DNA from: the human T2T-CHM13v2.0 reference genome, Homo sapiens
DNA length: 64,000 nt
Assembly: GCF_009914755.1 (NCBI RefSeq)
Contig: NC_060942.1
Reading direction: 5' to 3' (one strand)
The notes beneath the pieces were generated by a model. That model saw nothing but the letters and a program-made list of their open reading frames with translations, did no database searches and had not been told where the DNA came from. This document shows, piece after piece, positions 52,577-64,000 of the stretch. How positions within the stretch are numbered: the stretch's first letter is position 1; each line of letters starts with the position of its first letter. The position numbers and the translations under genes were made by a program.

Positions 52577-53597
52577 TTACGTGGGAAACGGGATTGTCTT
52601 CAGGTAAAATCTAGACAGAAGCATTCTCAGAAACTTCTTTGGGATGTTTGCATTCAAGTCACAGAGTAGAACATTCCCTTTGGTAGAGTAGGTTTGAAAC
52701 ACACTTTTTGTAGTATCTGGAAGTGGACATTTGGAGCGCTTTCAGGCCTATGTTGGAAAGGGAAATATCTTCCCGTAACAACTAGGCAGAAGCATTCTCA
52801 GAAACTTATTTGAGATGTGTGTACTCAACTAAGAGAATTGAACCACCGTTTTGAAGGAGCAGTTTTGAAACACTCTTTTTCTGGAATCTGCAAGAGGATA
52901 TTTGCCTAGCCTTGAGGATTTCGTTGGAAACGGGATTGTCTTCAGATCAAATCTAGACAGAAGCATTCTCAGAAACTTCTTTGGGATGTTTGCATTCAAG
53001 TCACAGAGTAGAACATTCCCTTTGGTAGAGCAGGTTTGAAACACTCTTTTTTTAGTATATGGAAGTGGACATTTGGAGCGCATTCAGGCCTACGTTGGAA
53101 AAGGAAATATCTTCCCATAACAACTAGACAGAAGCATTCTCAGAAACTAGTTTCTGATGTGTGTCCTCAACTAACACAGTTGCACATTTCTTTAGACAGA
53201 ACAGTTTTGAAACACTCTTTTTGTGGAATCTGCAAGTGGCTATTTGGCTAGATTTGAGGATTTCGTTGGAAACGGGATTACATATAAAAAGCAGTCAGCA
53301 GCATTCTCAGAAAGTTCTTTGTGATGATTGCATTCAAGTCACAGAATTGAACATTCCCTTTCACAGAGCAGGTTTGAAATACTCTTTTTTAGTGTGTGTA
53401 ATTGGACATTTGGAGCACTTTCCGGCCTAAGGTGGAAAAGGAAATATCTTCCCATAAAAACTAGACAGAAGCATTCTCAGAAACTTACTCGTGATGTGTG
53501 TCCTCCACTAAATGAGTAGAACCTTTCTTTTCATAGAGAAGATTTGAAACGCTCTTTTTGTAGAATCTGCAAGAGGATATTTGCATAGCTTTGAGGA
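52577..53597 (+). repeat. 6-mer HOR structural variant type 2 (C-D-[E/B], 1021 bp)
   Basis: C boxes at 52577 and 53598. The E dimer switches near 53560 to the B-type tail leading into box C. A-to-A interval 3058. Confidence 0.92.
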
Positions 53598-56500
53598 TTT
53601 CGTGGGAAACGGGATTGTCTTCAGGTAAAATCTAGACAGAAGCATTCTCAGAAACTTCTTTGGGATGTTTGCATTCAAGTCACAGAGTAGAACATTCCCT
53701 TTGGTAGAGCAGGTTTGAAACACTCTTTTTGTAGTATCTGGAAGTGGACATTTGGAGCGCTTTCAGGCCTATGTTGGAAAGGGAAATATCTTCCCGTAAC
53801 AACTAGGCAGAAGCATTCTCAGAAACTTATTTGAGATGTGTGTACTCAACTAAGAGAATTGAATCACCGTTTTGAAGGAGCAGTTTTGAAACACTCTTTT
53901 TCTGGAATCTGCAAGAGTATATTTGCCTAGCCTTGAGGATTTCGTTGGAAAAGGGATTGTCTTTAGATCAAATCTAGACAGAAGCATTCTCAGAAACTTC
54001 TTTGGGATGTTTGCATTCAAGTCACAGAGTAGAACATTCCCTTTGGTAGAGCAGGTTTGAAACACTCTTTTTTTAGTATATGGAAGTGGACATTTGGAGC
54101 GCTTTCAGGCCTTCGTTGGAAAAGGAAATATCTTCCCATAACAACTAGACAGAAGCATTCTCAGAAACTAGTTTCTGATGTGTGTCCTCAACTAACACAG
54201 TTGAACATTTCTTTAGACAGAACAGTTTTGAAACACTCTTTTTGTGGAATCTGCAAGTGGCTATTTGGCTAGATTTGAGGATTTCGTTGGAAACGGGATT
54301 ACATATAAAAAGCAGACAGCAGCATTCTCAGAAAGTTCTTTGTGATGATTGCATTCAAGTCACAGAATTGAACATTCCCTTTCACAGAGCAGGTTTCAAA
54401 AACACTCTTTTTGTAGTGTGTGTAAGTGGACATTTGGAGCACTTTCCGGCCTAAGGTGAAAAAGGGAATATCTTCCCATAAAAACTAGACAGAAGCATTC
54501 TCAGAAACTTACTCGTGATGTGTGTCCTCAACTAAAGGAGTAGAACCTTTGTTTTCATAGAGAAGTTTTGAAACGCTCTTTTTGTGGAATCTGCAAGTGG
54601 ATATTTGGCTAGTTTGGAGGATTTCGTTGGAAGCGGGAATTCATACAAATTGCAGACTGCAGCGTTCTGAGAAACATCTTTGTGATGTTTGTATTCAGGA
54701 CACAGAGTTGAACATTCCCTATCATAGAGCAGGTTGGAATCACTCCTTTTGTAGTATCTGGAAGTGGACATTTGGAGCGCTTTCAGGCCTATGTTGGAAA
54801 AGGAAATATCTTCCCATAACAACTAGACAGAAGCATTCTCAGAAACTTATTTGAGATGTGTGTACTCAACTAAGAGAATTGAACCGCCGTTTTGAAGGAG
54901 CAGTTTTGAAACACTCTTTTTCTGGAATCTGCAAGTGGATATTTGGCTAGCTTTGGGGATTTCGCTGGAAGCGGGAATACATATAAAAAGCACACAGCAG
55001 CGTTCTGAGAAACTGCTTTCTGATGTTTGCATTCAAGTCAAAAGTTGAACACTCCCTTTCATAGAGCAGTCCTGAAACACTCCTTTTGTAGTATCTGGAA
55101 CTGGACTTTTGGAGCGCTTTCAGGGCTAAGGTGAAAAAGGAAATATCTTCCCATAAAAACTGGACAGAAGCATTCTCAGAAACTTGTTTATGCTGTATCT
55201 ACTCAACTAACAAAGTTGAACCTTTCTTTTGATAGAGCAGTTTTGAAATGCTCTTTTTGTGGAATCTGCAAGTGGATATTTGGCTAGTTTTCAGGATTTC
55301 GTTGGAAGCGGGAATTCATACAAATTGCAGACTGCAGCGTTCTGAGAAACCTCTTTGTGATGTTTGTATTCAGGACAGAGAGTTGAACATTCCCTATCAT
55401 AGAGCAGGTTGGAATCACTCCTTTTGTAGTATCTGGAAGTGGACATTTGGAGCGCTTTCTGGCCTATGTTGAAAAAGGAAATATCTTCCCATAACAACTA
55501 GACACAAGCATTCTCAGAAACTTGTTTGTGATGTGTGCCCTCTACTGACAGAGTTGAACCTTTCTTTTCATAGAGCAGTTTTGAAACACTCTTTTTGTAG
55601 AATCTGCAAGAGGATATTTGCATAGCTTTGAGGATTTCGTGGGAAACGGGATTGTCTTCAGGTAAAATCTAGACAGAAGCATTCTCAGAAACTTCTTTCG
55701 GATGTTTGCATTCAAGTCACAGAGTAGAACATTCCCTTTGGTAGAGCAGGTTTGAAACACTCTTTTTGTAGTATCTGGAAGTGGACATTTGGAGCGCTTT
55801 CAGGCCTATGTTGGAAAGGGAAATATCTTCCCGTAACAACTAGGCAGAAGCATTCTCAGAAACTTATTTGAGATGTGTGTACTCAACTAAGAGAATTGAA
55901 TCACCGTTTTGAAGGAGCAGTTTTGAAACACTCTTTTTCTGGAATCTGCAAGAGTATATTTGCCTAGCCTTGAGGATTTCGTTGGAAACGGGATTGTCTT
56001 CAGATCAAATCTAGACAGAAGCATTCTCAGAAACTTCTTTGGGATGTTTGCATTCAAGTCACGGAGTAGAACATTCCCTTTGGTAGAGCAGGTTTGAAAC
56101 ACTCTTTTTTTAGTATATGGAAGTGGACATTTGGAGCGCTTTCAGGCCTACGTTGGAAAAGGAAATATCTTCCCATAACAACTAGACAGAAGCATTCTCA
56201 GAAACTAGTTTCTGATATGTGTCCTCAACTAACACAGTTGAACATTTCTTTAGACAGAACAGTTTTGAAACACTCTTTTTGTGGAATCTGCAAGTGGCTA
56301 TTTGGCTAGATTTGAGGATTTCGTTGGAAACGGGATTACATATAAAAAGCAGACAGCAGCATTCTCAGAAAGTTCTTTGTGATGATTGCATTCAAGTCAC
56401 AGAATTGAACATTCCCTTTCACAGAGCAGGTTTGAAACACTCTTTTTGTAGTGTGTGTAAGTGGACATTTGGAGCACTTTCCGGCCTAAGGTGAAAAAGG

Positions 56501-59500
56501 AAATATCTTCCCATAAAAACTAGACAGAAGCATTCTCAGAAACTTACTCGTGATGTGTGTCCTCAACTAAAGGAGTAGAACCTTTCTTTTCATAGAGAAG
56601 TTTTGAAACGCTCTTTTTGTGGAATCTGCAAGTGGATATTTGGCTAGTTTTGAGGATTTCGTTGGAAGCGGGAATTCATACAAATTGCAGACTGCAGCGT
56701 TCTGAGAAACATCTTTGTGATGTTTGTATTCAGGACACAGAGTTGAACATTCCCTATCATAGAGCAGGTTGGAATCACTCCTTTTGTAGTATCTGGAAGT
56801 GGACATTTGGAGCGCTTTCAGGCCTATGTTGGAAAAGGAAATATCTTCCCATAACAACTAGACAGAAGCATTCTCAGAAACTTATTTGAGATGTGTGTAC
56901 TCAACTAAGAGAATTGAACCACCGTTTTGAAGGAGCAGTTTTGAAACACTCTTTTTCTGGAATCTGCAAGTGGATATTTGGCTAGCTTTGGGGATTTCGC
57001 TGGAGGCGGGAATACATATAAAAAGCACACAGCAGCGTTCTGAGAAACTGCTTTCTGATGTTTGCATTCAAGTCAAAAGTTGAACACTCCCTTTCATAGA
57101 GCAGTCCTGAAACACTCCTTTTGTAGTATCTGGAACTGGACTTTTGGAGCGCTTTCAGGGCTAAGGTGAAAAAGGAAATATCTTCCCATAAAAACTGGAC
57201 AGAAGCATTCTCAGAAACTTGTTTATGCTGTATCTACTCAACTAACAAAGTTGAACCTTTCTTTTGATAGAGCAGTTTTGAAATGCTCTTTTTGTGGAAT
57301 CTGCAAGTGGATATTTGGCTAGTTTTGAGGATTTCGTTGGAAGCGGGAATTCATACAAATTGCAGACTGCAGCGTTCTGAGAAACATCTTTGTGATGTTT
57401 GTATGCAGGACAGAGAGTTGAACATTCCCTATCATAGAGCAGGTTGGAATCACTCCTTTTGTAGTATCTGGAAGTGGACATTTGGAGCGCTTTCTGGCCT
57501 GTGTTGAAAAAGGAAATATCTTCCCATAACAACTAGACACAAGCATTCTCAGAAACTTGTTTGTGATGTGTGCCCTCTACTGACAGAGTTGAACCTTTCT
57601 TTTCATAGAGCAGTTTTGAAACACTCTTTTTGTAGAATCTGCAAGAGGATATTTGCATAGCTTTGAGGATTTCGTGGGAAACGGGATTGTCTTCAGGTAA
57701 AATCTAGACAGAAGCATTCTCAGAAACTTCTTTGGGATGTTTGCATTCAAGTCACAGAGTAGAACATTCCCTTTGGTAGAGCAGGTTTGAAACACTCTTT
57801 TTGTAGTATCTGGAAGTGGACATTTGGAGCGCTTTCAGGCCCATGTTGGAAAGGGAAATATCTTCCCGTAACAACTAGGCAGAAGCATTCTCAGAAACTT
57901 ATTTGAGATGTGTGTACTCAACTAAGAGAATTGAACCACCGTTTTGAAGGAGCAGTTTTGAAACACTCTTTTTCTGGAATCTGCAAGAGGATATTTGCCT
58001 AGCTTTGAGGATTTCGTTGGAAACGGGATTGTGTTCAGATCAAATCTAGACAGAAGCATTCTCAGAAACTTCTTTGGGATGTTTGCATTCAAGTCACAGA
58101 GTAGAACATTCCCTTTGGTAGAGCAGGTGTGAAACACTCTTTTTTTAGTATATGGAAGTGGACATTTGGAGCGCTTTCAGGCCTACGTTGGAAAAGGAAA
58201 TATCTTCCCATAACAACTAGACAGAAGCATTCTCATAAACTAGTTTCTGATGTGTGTCCTCAACTAACACAGTTGAACATTTCTTTAGACAGAACAGTTT
58301 TGAAACACTCTTTTTGTGGAATCTGCAAGTGGCTATTTGGCTAGATTTGAGGATTTCGTTGGAAACGGGATTACATATAAAAAGCAGACAGCAGCATTCT
58401 CAGAAAGTTCTTTGTGATGATTGCATTCAAGTCACAGAATTGAACATTCCCTTTCACAGAGCAGGTTTGAAACACTCTTTTTGTAGTGTGTGTAAGTGGA
58501 CATTTGGAGCACTTTCCAGCCTAAGGTGAAAAAGGAAATATCTTCCCATAAAAACTAGACAGAAGCATTCTCAGAAACTTACTCGTGATGTGTGTCCTCA
58601 ACTAAAGGAGTAGAACCTTTCTTTCATAGAGAAGTTTTGAAACGCTCTTTTTGTGGAATCTGCAAGTGGATATTTGGCTAGTTTGGAGGATTTCGTTGGA
58701 AGCGGGAATTCATACAAATTGCAGACTGCAGCGTTCTGAGAAACATCTTTGTGATGTTTGTATTCAGGACACAGAGTTGAACATTCCCTATCATAGAGCA
58801 GGTTTGAATCACTCCTTTTGTAGTATCTGGAAGTGGACATTTGGAGCGCTTTCAGGCCTATGTTGGAAAAGGAAATATCTTCCCATAACAACTAGACAGA
58901 AGCATTCTCAGAAACTTATTTGAGATGTGTGTACTCAACTAAGAGAATTGAACCACCGTTTTGAAGGAGCAGTTTTGAAACACTCTTTTTCTGGAATCTG
59001 CAAGTGGATATTTGGCTAGCTTTGGGGATTTCGCTGGAAGCGGGAATACATATAAAAAGCACACAGCAGCGTTCTGAGAAACTGCTTTCTGATGTTTGCA
59101 TTCAAGTCAAAAGTTGAACACTCCCTTTCATAGAGCAGTCCTGAAACACTCCTTTTGTAGTATCTGGAACTGGACTTTTGGAGCGCTTTCAGGGCTAAGG
59201 TGAAAAAGGAAATATCTTCCCATAAAAACTGGACAGAAGCATTCTCAGAAACTTGTTTATGCTGTATCTACTCAACTAACAAAGTTGAACCTTTCTTTTG
59301 ATAGAGCAGTTTTGAAATGCTCTTTTTGTGGAATCTGCAAGTGGATATTTGGCTAGTTTTGAGGATTTCGTTGGAAGCTGGAATTCATACAAATTGCAGA
59401 CTGCAGCGTTCTGAGAAACATCTTTGTGATGTTTGTATTCAGGACAGAGAGTTGAACATTCCCTATCATAGAGCAGGTTGGAATCACTCCTTTTGTAGTA

Positions 59501-59703
59501 TCTGGAAGTGGACATTTGGAGCGCTTTCAGGCCTATGTTGAAAAAGGAAATATCTTCCCATAACAACTAGACACAAGCATTCTCAGAAACTTGTTTGTGA
59601 TGTGTGCCCTCTACTGACAGATTTGAACCTTTCTTTTCATAGAGCAGTTTTGAAACACTCTTTTTGTAGAATCTGCAAGAGGATATTTGCATAGCTTTGA
59701 GGA

Positions 59704-61058
59704 TTTCGTGGGAAACGGGATTGTCTTCAGGTAAAATCTGGACAGAAGCATTCTCAGAAACTTCTTTGGGATGTTTGCATTCAAGTCACAGAGTAGAACA
59801 TTCCCTTTGGTAGAGCAGGTTTGAAACACTCTTTTTGTAGTATCTGGAAGTGGACATTTGGAGCGCTTTCAGGCCTATGTTGGAAAGGGAAATATCTTCC
59901 CGTAACAACTAGGCAGAAGCATTCTCAGAAACTTATTTGAGATGTGTGTACTCAACTAAGAGAATTGAACCACCGTTTTGAAGGAGCAGTTTTGAAACAC
60001 TCTTTTTCTGGAATCTGCAAGAGGATATTTGCCTAGCCTTGAGGATTTCGTTGGAAACGGGATTTTCTTCAGATAAAATCTAGACAGAAGCATTCTCAGA
60101 AACTTCTTTGGGATGTTTGCATTCAAGTCACAGAGTAGAACATTCCCTTTGGTAGAGCAGGTTTGAAACACTCTTTTTTTAGTATATGGAAGTGGACATT
60201 TGGAGCGCTTTCAGGCCTACGTTGGAAAAGGAAATATCTTCCCATAACAACTAGACAGAAGCATTCTCAGAAACTAGTTCCTGATGTGTGTCCTCAACTA
60301 ACACAGTTGAACATTTCTTTAGACAGAAGAGTTTTGAAACACTCTTTTTGTGGAATCTACAAGTGGATATTTGGCTAGATTTGAGGATTTCGTTGGAAAC
60401 GGGATTACATATAAAAAGCAGACAGCAGCATTCTCAGAAAGTTCTTTGTGATGATTGCATTCAAATCACAGAATTGAACATTCCCTTTCACAGAGGAGGT
60501 TTGAAACACTCTTTTTGTAGTGTGTGTAAGTGGACATTTGGAGCGCTTTCCGGCCTAAGGTGAAAAAGGAAATATCTTCCCATAAAAACTAGACAGAAGC
60601 ATTCTCAGAAACTTACTCGTGATGTGTGTCCTCAACTAAAGGAGTAGAACCTTTCTATTCATAGAGAAGTTTTGAAACGCTCTTTTTGTGGAATCTGCAA
60701 GTGGATATTTGGCTAGTTTTGAGGATTTCGTTGGAAGCGGGAATTCATACAAATTGCAGACTGCAGCGTTCTGAGAAACATCTTTGTGATGTTTGTATTC
60801 AGGACACAGAGATGAACATTCCCTATCATAGAGCAGGTTGGAATCACTCCTTTTGTAGTATCTGGGACATTTGGAGCGCTTTCAGGCCTATGTTGAAAAA
60901 CGAAATATCTTCCCATAACAACTAGACACAAGCATTCTCAGAAACTTGTTTGTGATGTGTGCCCTCTACTGACAGAGTTGAACCTTTCTTTTCATAGAGC
61001 AGTTTTGAAACACTCTTTTTGTAGAATCTGCAAGACGATATTTGCATAGCTTTGAGGA
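59704..61058 (+). repeat. 8-mer HOR structural variant (C-D-E-[F/B], 1355 bp), diverged copy
   Basis: C boxes at 59704 and 61059; 1360 bp minus a 5-bp deletion near 60865; no A dimer. Confidence 0.92.
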
Positions 61059-62417
61059 TTTCGTGGGAAACCGGATTGTCTTCAGGTAAAATCTAGACAG
61101 AAGCATTCTCAGAAACTTCTTTGGGATGTTTCCATTCAAGTCACAGAGTAGAACATTCCCTTTGGTAGAGCAGGTTTGAAACACTCTTTTTGTAGTATCT
61201 GGAAGTGGACATTTGGAGCGCTTTCAGGCCCATGTTGGAAAGGGAAATATCTTCCCGTAACAACTAGGCAGAAGCATTCTCAGAAACTTATTTGAGATGT
61301 GTGTACTCAACTAAGAGAATTGAACCACCGTTTTGAAGGAGCAGTTTTGAAACACTCTTTTTCTGGAATCTGCAAGAGGATATTTGCCTAGCCTTGAGGA
61401 TTTCGTTGGAAACGGGATTGTCTTCAGATCAAATCTAGACAGAAGCATTCTCAGAAACTTCTTTGGGATGTTTGCATTCAAGTCACAGAGTAGAACATTC
61501 CCTTTGGTAGAGCAGGTTTGAAACACTCTTTTTTTAGTATATGGAAGTGGACATTTGGAGCGCTTTCAGGCCTACGTTGGAAAAGGAAATATCTTCCCAT
61601 AACAACTAGACAGAAGCATTCTCAGAAACTAGTTTCTGATATGTGTCCTCAACTAACACAGTTGAACATTTCTTTAGACAGAACAGTTTTGAAACACTCT
61701 TTTTGTGGTATCTGCAAGTGGCTATTTGGCTAGATTTGAGGATTTCGTTGGAAACGGGATTACATATAAAAAGCAGACAGCAGCATTCTCAGAAACTTCT
61801 TTGTGATGATTGCATTCAAGTCACAGTATTGAACATTCCCTTTCACAGAGCAGGTTTGAAACACTCTTTGTATAGTGTGTGTAAGTGGACATTTGGAGCA
61901 CTTTCCGGCCTAAGGTGAAAAAGGAAATATCTTCCCATAAAAACTAGACAGAAGCATTCTCAGAAACTTACTCGTGATGTGTGTCCTCAACTAAAGAAGT
62001 AGAACCTTCCTTTTCATAGATAAGTTTCGAAACGCTCTTTTTGTGGAATCTGCAAGTGGATATTTGGCTAGTTTTGAGGATTTCGTTGGAAGCGGGAATT
62101 CATACAAATTGCAGACTGCAGCGTTCTGAGAAACATCTTTGTGATGTTTGTATTCAGGACACAGAGTTGAACATTCCCTATCATAGAGCAGGTTGGAATC
62201 ACTCCTTTGTAGTATCTGGAAGTGGACATTTGGAGCGCTTTCAGGCCTATGTTGAAAAAGGAAATATCTTCCCATAACAACTAGACACAAGCATTCTCAG
62301 AAACTTGTTTGTGATGTGTGCCCTCTACTGACAGAGTTGAACCTTTCTTTTCATAGAGCAGTTTTGAAACACTCTTTTTGTAGAATCTGCAAGAGGATAT
62401 TTGCATAGCTTTGAGGA
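61059..62417 (+). repeat. 8-mer HOR structural variant (C-D-E*-[F/B], 1359 bp)
   Basis: C boxes at 61059 and 62418; 1-bp deletion near 62207. A-to-A interval 4749 = 2035+1355+1359. Confidence 0.92.
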
Positions 62418-64000
62418 TTTCGTGGGAAACGGGATTGTCTTCAGGTAAAATCTAGACAGAAGCATTCTCAGAAACTTCTTTGGGATGTTTGCATTCAAGT
62501 CACAGAGTAGAACATTCCCTTTGGTAGAGCAGGTTTGAAACACTCTTTTTGTAGTATCTGGAAGTGGACATTTGGAGCGCTTTCAGGCCTATGTTGGAAA
62601 GGGAAATATCTTCCCGTAACAACTAGGCAGAAGCATTCTCAGAAACTTATTTGAGATGTGTGTACTCAACTAAGAGAATTGAACCACCGTTTTGAAGGAG
62701 CAGTTTTGAAACACTCTTTTTCTGGAATCTGCAAGAGGATATTTGCCTAGCCTTGAGGATTTCGTTGGAAACGGGATTGTCTTCAGATCAAATCTAGACA
62801 GAAGCATTCTCAGAAACTTCTTTGGGATGTTTGCATTCAAGTCACAGAGTAGAACATTCCCTTTGGTAGAGCAGGTTTGAAACACTCTTTTTTTAGTATA
62901 TGGAAGTGGACATTTGGAGCGCTTTCAGGCCTACGTTGGAAAAGGAAATATCTTCCCATAACAACTAGACAGAAGCATTCTCAGAAACTAGTTTCTGATG
63001 TGTGTCCTCAACTAACACAGTTGAACATTTCTTTAGACAGAACAGTTTTGAAACTCTCTTTTTGTGGAATCTGCAAGTGGCTATTTGGCTAGATTTGAGG
63101 ATTTCGTTGGAAACGGGATTACATATAAAAAGCAGACAGCAGCATTCTCAGAAAGTTCTTTGTGATGATTGCATTCAAGTCACAGAATTGAACATTCCCT
63201 TTCACAGAGCAGGTTTGAAACACTCTTTTTATAGTGTGTGTAAGTGGACATTTGGAGCACTTTCCGGCCTAAGGTGAAAAAGGAAATATCTTCCCATAAA
63301 AACTAGACAGAAGCATTCTCAGAAACTTACTCGTGATGTGTGTCCTCAACTAAAGGAGTAGAACCTTTGTTTTCATAGAGAAGTTTTGAAACGCTCTTTT
63401 TGTGGAATCTGCAAGTGGATATTTGGCTAGTTTGGAGGATTTCGTTGGAAGCGGGAATTCATACAAATTGCAGACTGCAGCGTTCTGAGAAACATCTTTG
63501 TGATGTTTGTATTCAGGACACAGAGTTGAACATTCCCTATCATAGAGCAGGTTGGAATCACTCCTTTTGTAGTATCTGGAAGTGGACATTTGGAGCGCTT
63601 TCAGGCCTATGTTGGAAAAGGAAATATCTTCCCATAACAACTAGACAGAAGCATTCTCAGAAACTTATTTGAGATGTGTGTACTCAACTAAGAGAATTGA
63701 ACCACCGTTTTGAAGGAGCACTTTTGAAACACTCTTTTTCTGGAATCTGCAAGTGGATATTTGGCTAGCTTTGGGGATTTCGCTGGAAGCGGGAATACAT
63801 ATAAAAAGCACACAGCAGCGTTCTGAGAAACTGCTTTCTGATGTTTGCATTCAAGTCAAAAGTTGAACACTCCCTTTCATAGAGCAGTCCTGAAACAGTC
63901 CTTTTGTAGTATCTGGAACTGGACTTTTGGAGCGCTTTCAGGGCTAAGGTGAAAAAGGAAATATCTTCCCATAAAAACTGGACAGAAGCATTCTCAGAAA

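Larger units (their letters stand above)
1..64000 (+). repeat. Centromeric alpha-satellite HOR array (dimeric, 12-mer, 2035 bp)
   Basis: 167-171-bp monomers begin CATTCTCAGAAA or CGTTCTGAGAAA (51, 221, 388, 559, 730, 901, 1072, 1243, 1410, 1581, 1748, 1919, 2086). Alphoid motifs (GGAATCTGCAAGTGGATATTTGG, GTTTTGAAACACTCTTTTTG) occur throughout. The ORF track recurs every 2035 bp, and all monomers share one orientation. Confidence 0.99.
1..64000 (+). other. D18Z1: Probable identity: human chromosome 18 active centromeric array D18Z1 (S2C18H1L, suprachromosomal family 2)
   Basis: 12-mer of 2035 bp with a CENP-B box in every second monomer. EcoRI sites at 362, 1722 and 2397 give 1360- and 675-bp fragments, matching the ~1.36/0.68-kb EcoRI units I recall for D18Z1. 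DXZ1, the other well-known 12-mer, is pentameric and ~2057 bp. Not verified by a search. Confidence 0.8.

Noticed and set aside
257-63850. About 250 short ORFs (61-125 aa) on both strands
   Set aside because: They recur with the satellite period, overlap in several frames, often start at TTG/GTG, show no recognisable domain and are broken by random SNVs. These are typical alphoid pseudo-ORFs, used here only as positional markers.
1-64000. CRISPR-like or other prokaryotic repeat/defence system
   Set aside because: No unique spacers and no cas or other genes; the sequence between conserved motifs is itself repeated.
1-64000. LINE/Alu/LTR insertion or inversion in the array
   Set aside because: Every A-to-A interval is explained by whole monomers plus indels of 5 bp or less. 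No poly-A tail, foreign sequence or strand switch was seen.

Overview
The whole 64 kb window is one uninterrupted head-to-tail array of primate alpha-satellite DNA in a single orientation. There are no genes, transposon insertions or inversions. The main unit is a 2035-bp, 12-monomer higher-order repeat (HOR) made of six ~340-bp dimers, each with one CENP-B box. I label these A-F by their boxes at 10, 347, 685, 1027, 1369 and 1707; the next A is at 2045. EcoRI cuts each HOR into 1360 + 675 bp. Dimeric organisation, 2035-bp length and this EcoRI pattern best fit the active human chromosome 18 array D18Z1 (S2C18H1L). That assignment comes from recalled knowledge, not a search. All listed ORFs are periodic artefacts of the repeat, and I found no novel coding system. 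The interesting signal is the array's recombination history. Of 28 A-to-A intervals, 23 are plain 12-mers, three contain a 1018-bp 6-mer with private SNVs, one contains a different 1021-bp 6-mer, and one contains two tandem 8-mers. There are at least three SNV-defined haplotype blocks, short conversion-like patches, and a locally amplified lineage with a broken CENP-B box. One chimeric junction maps to 5 bp inside a CENP-B box, and a candidate un-deleted relative lies ~40 kb downstream. All SNV comparisons were made by eye and need confirmation by alignment.
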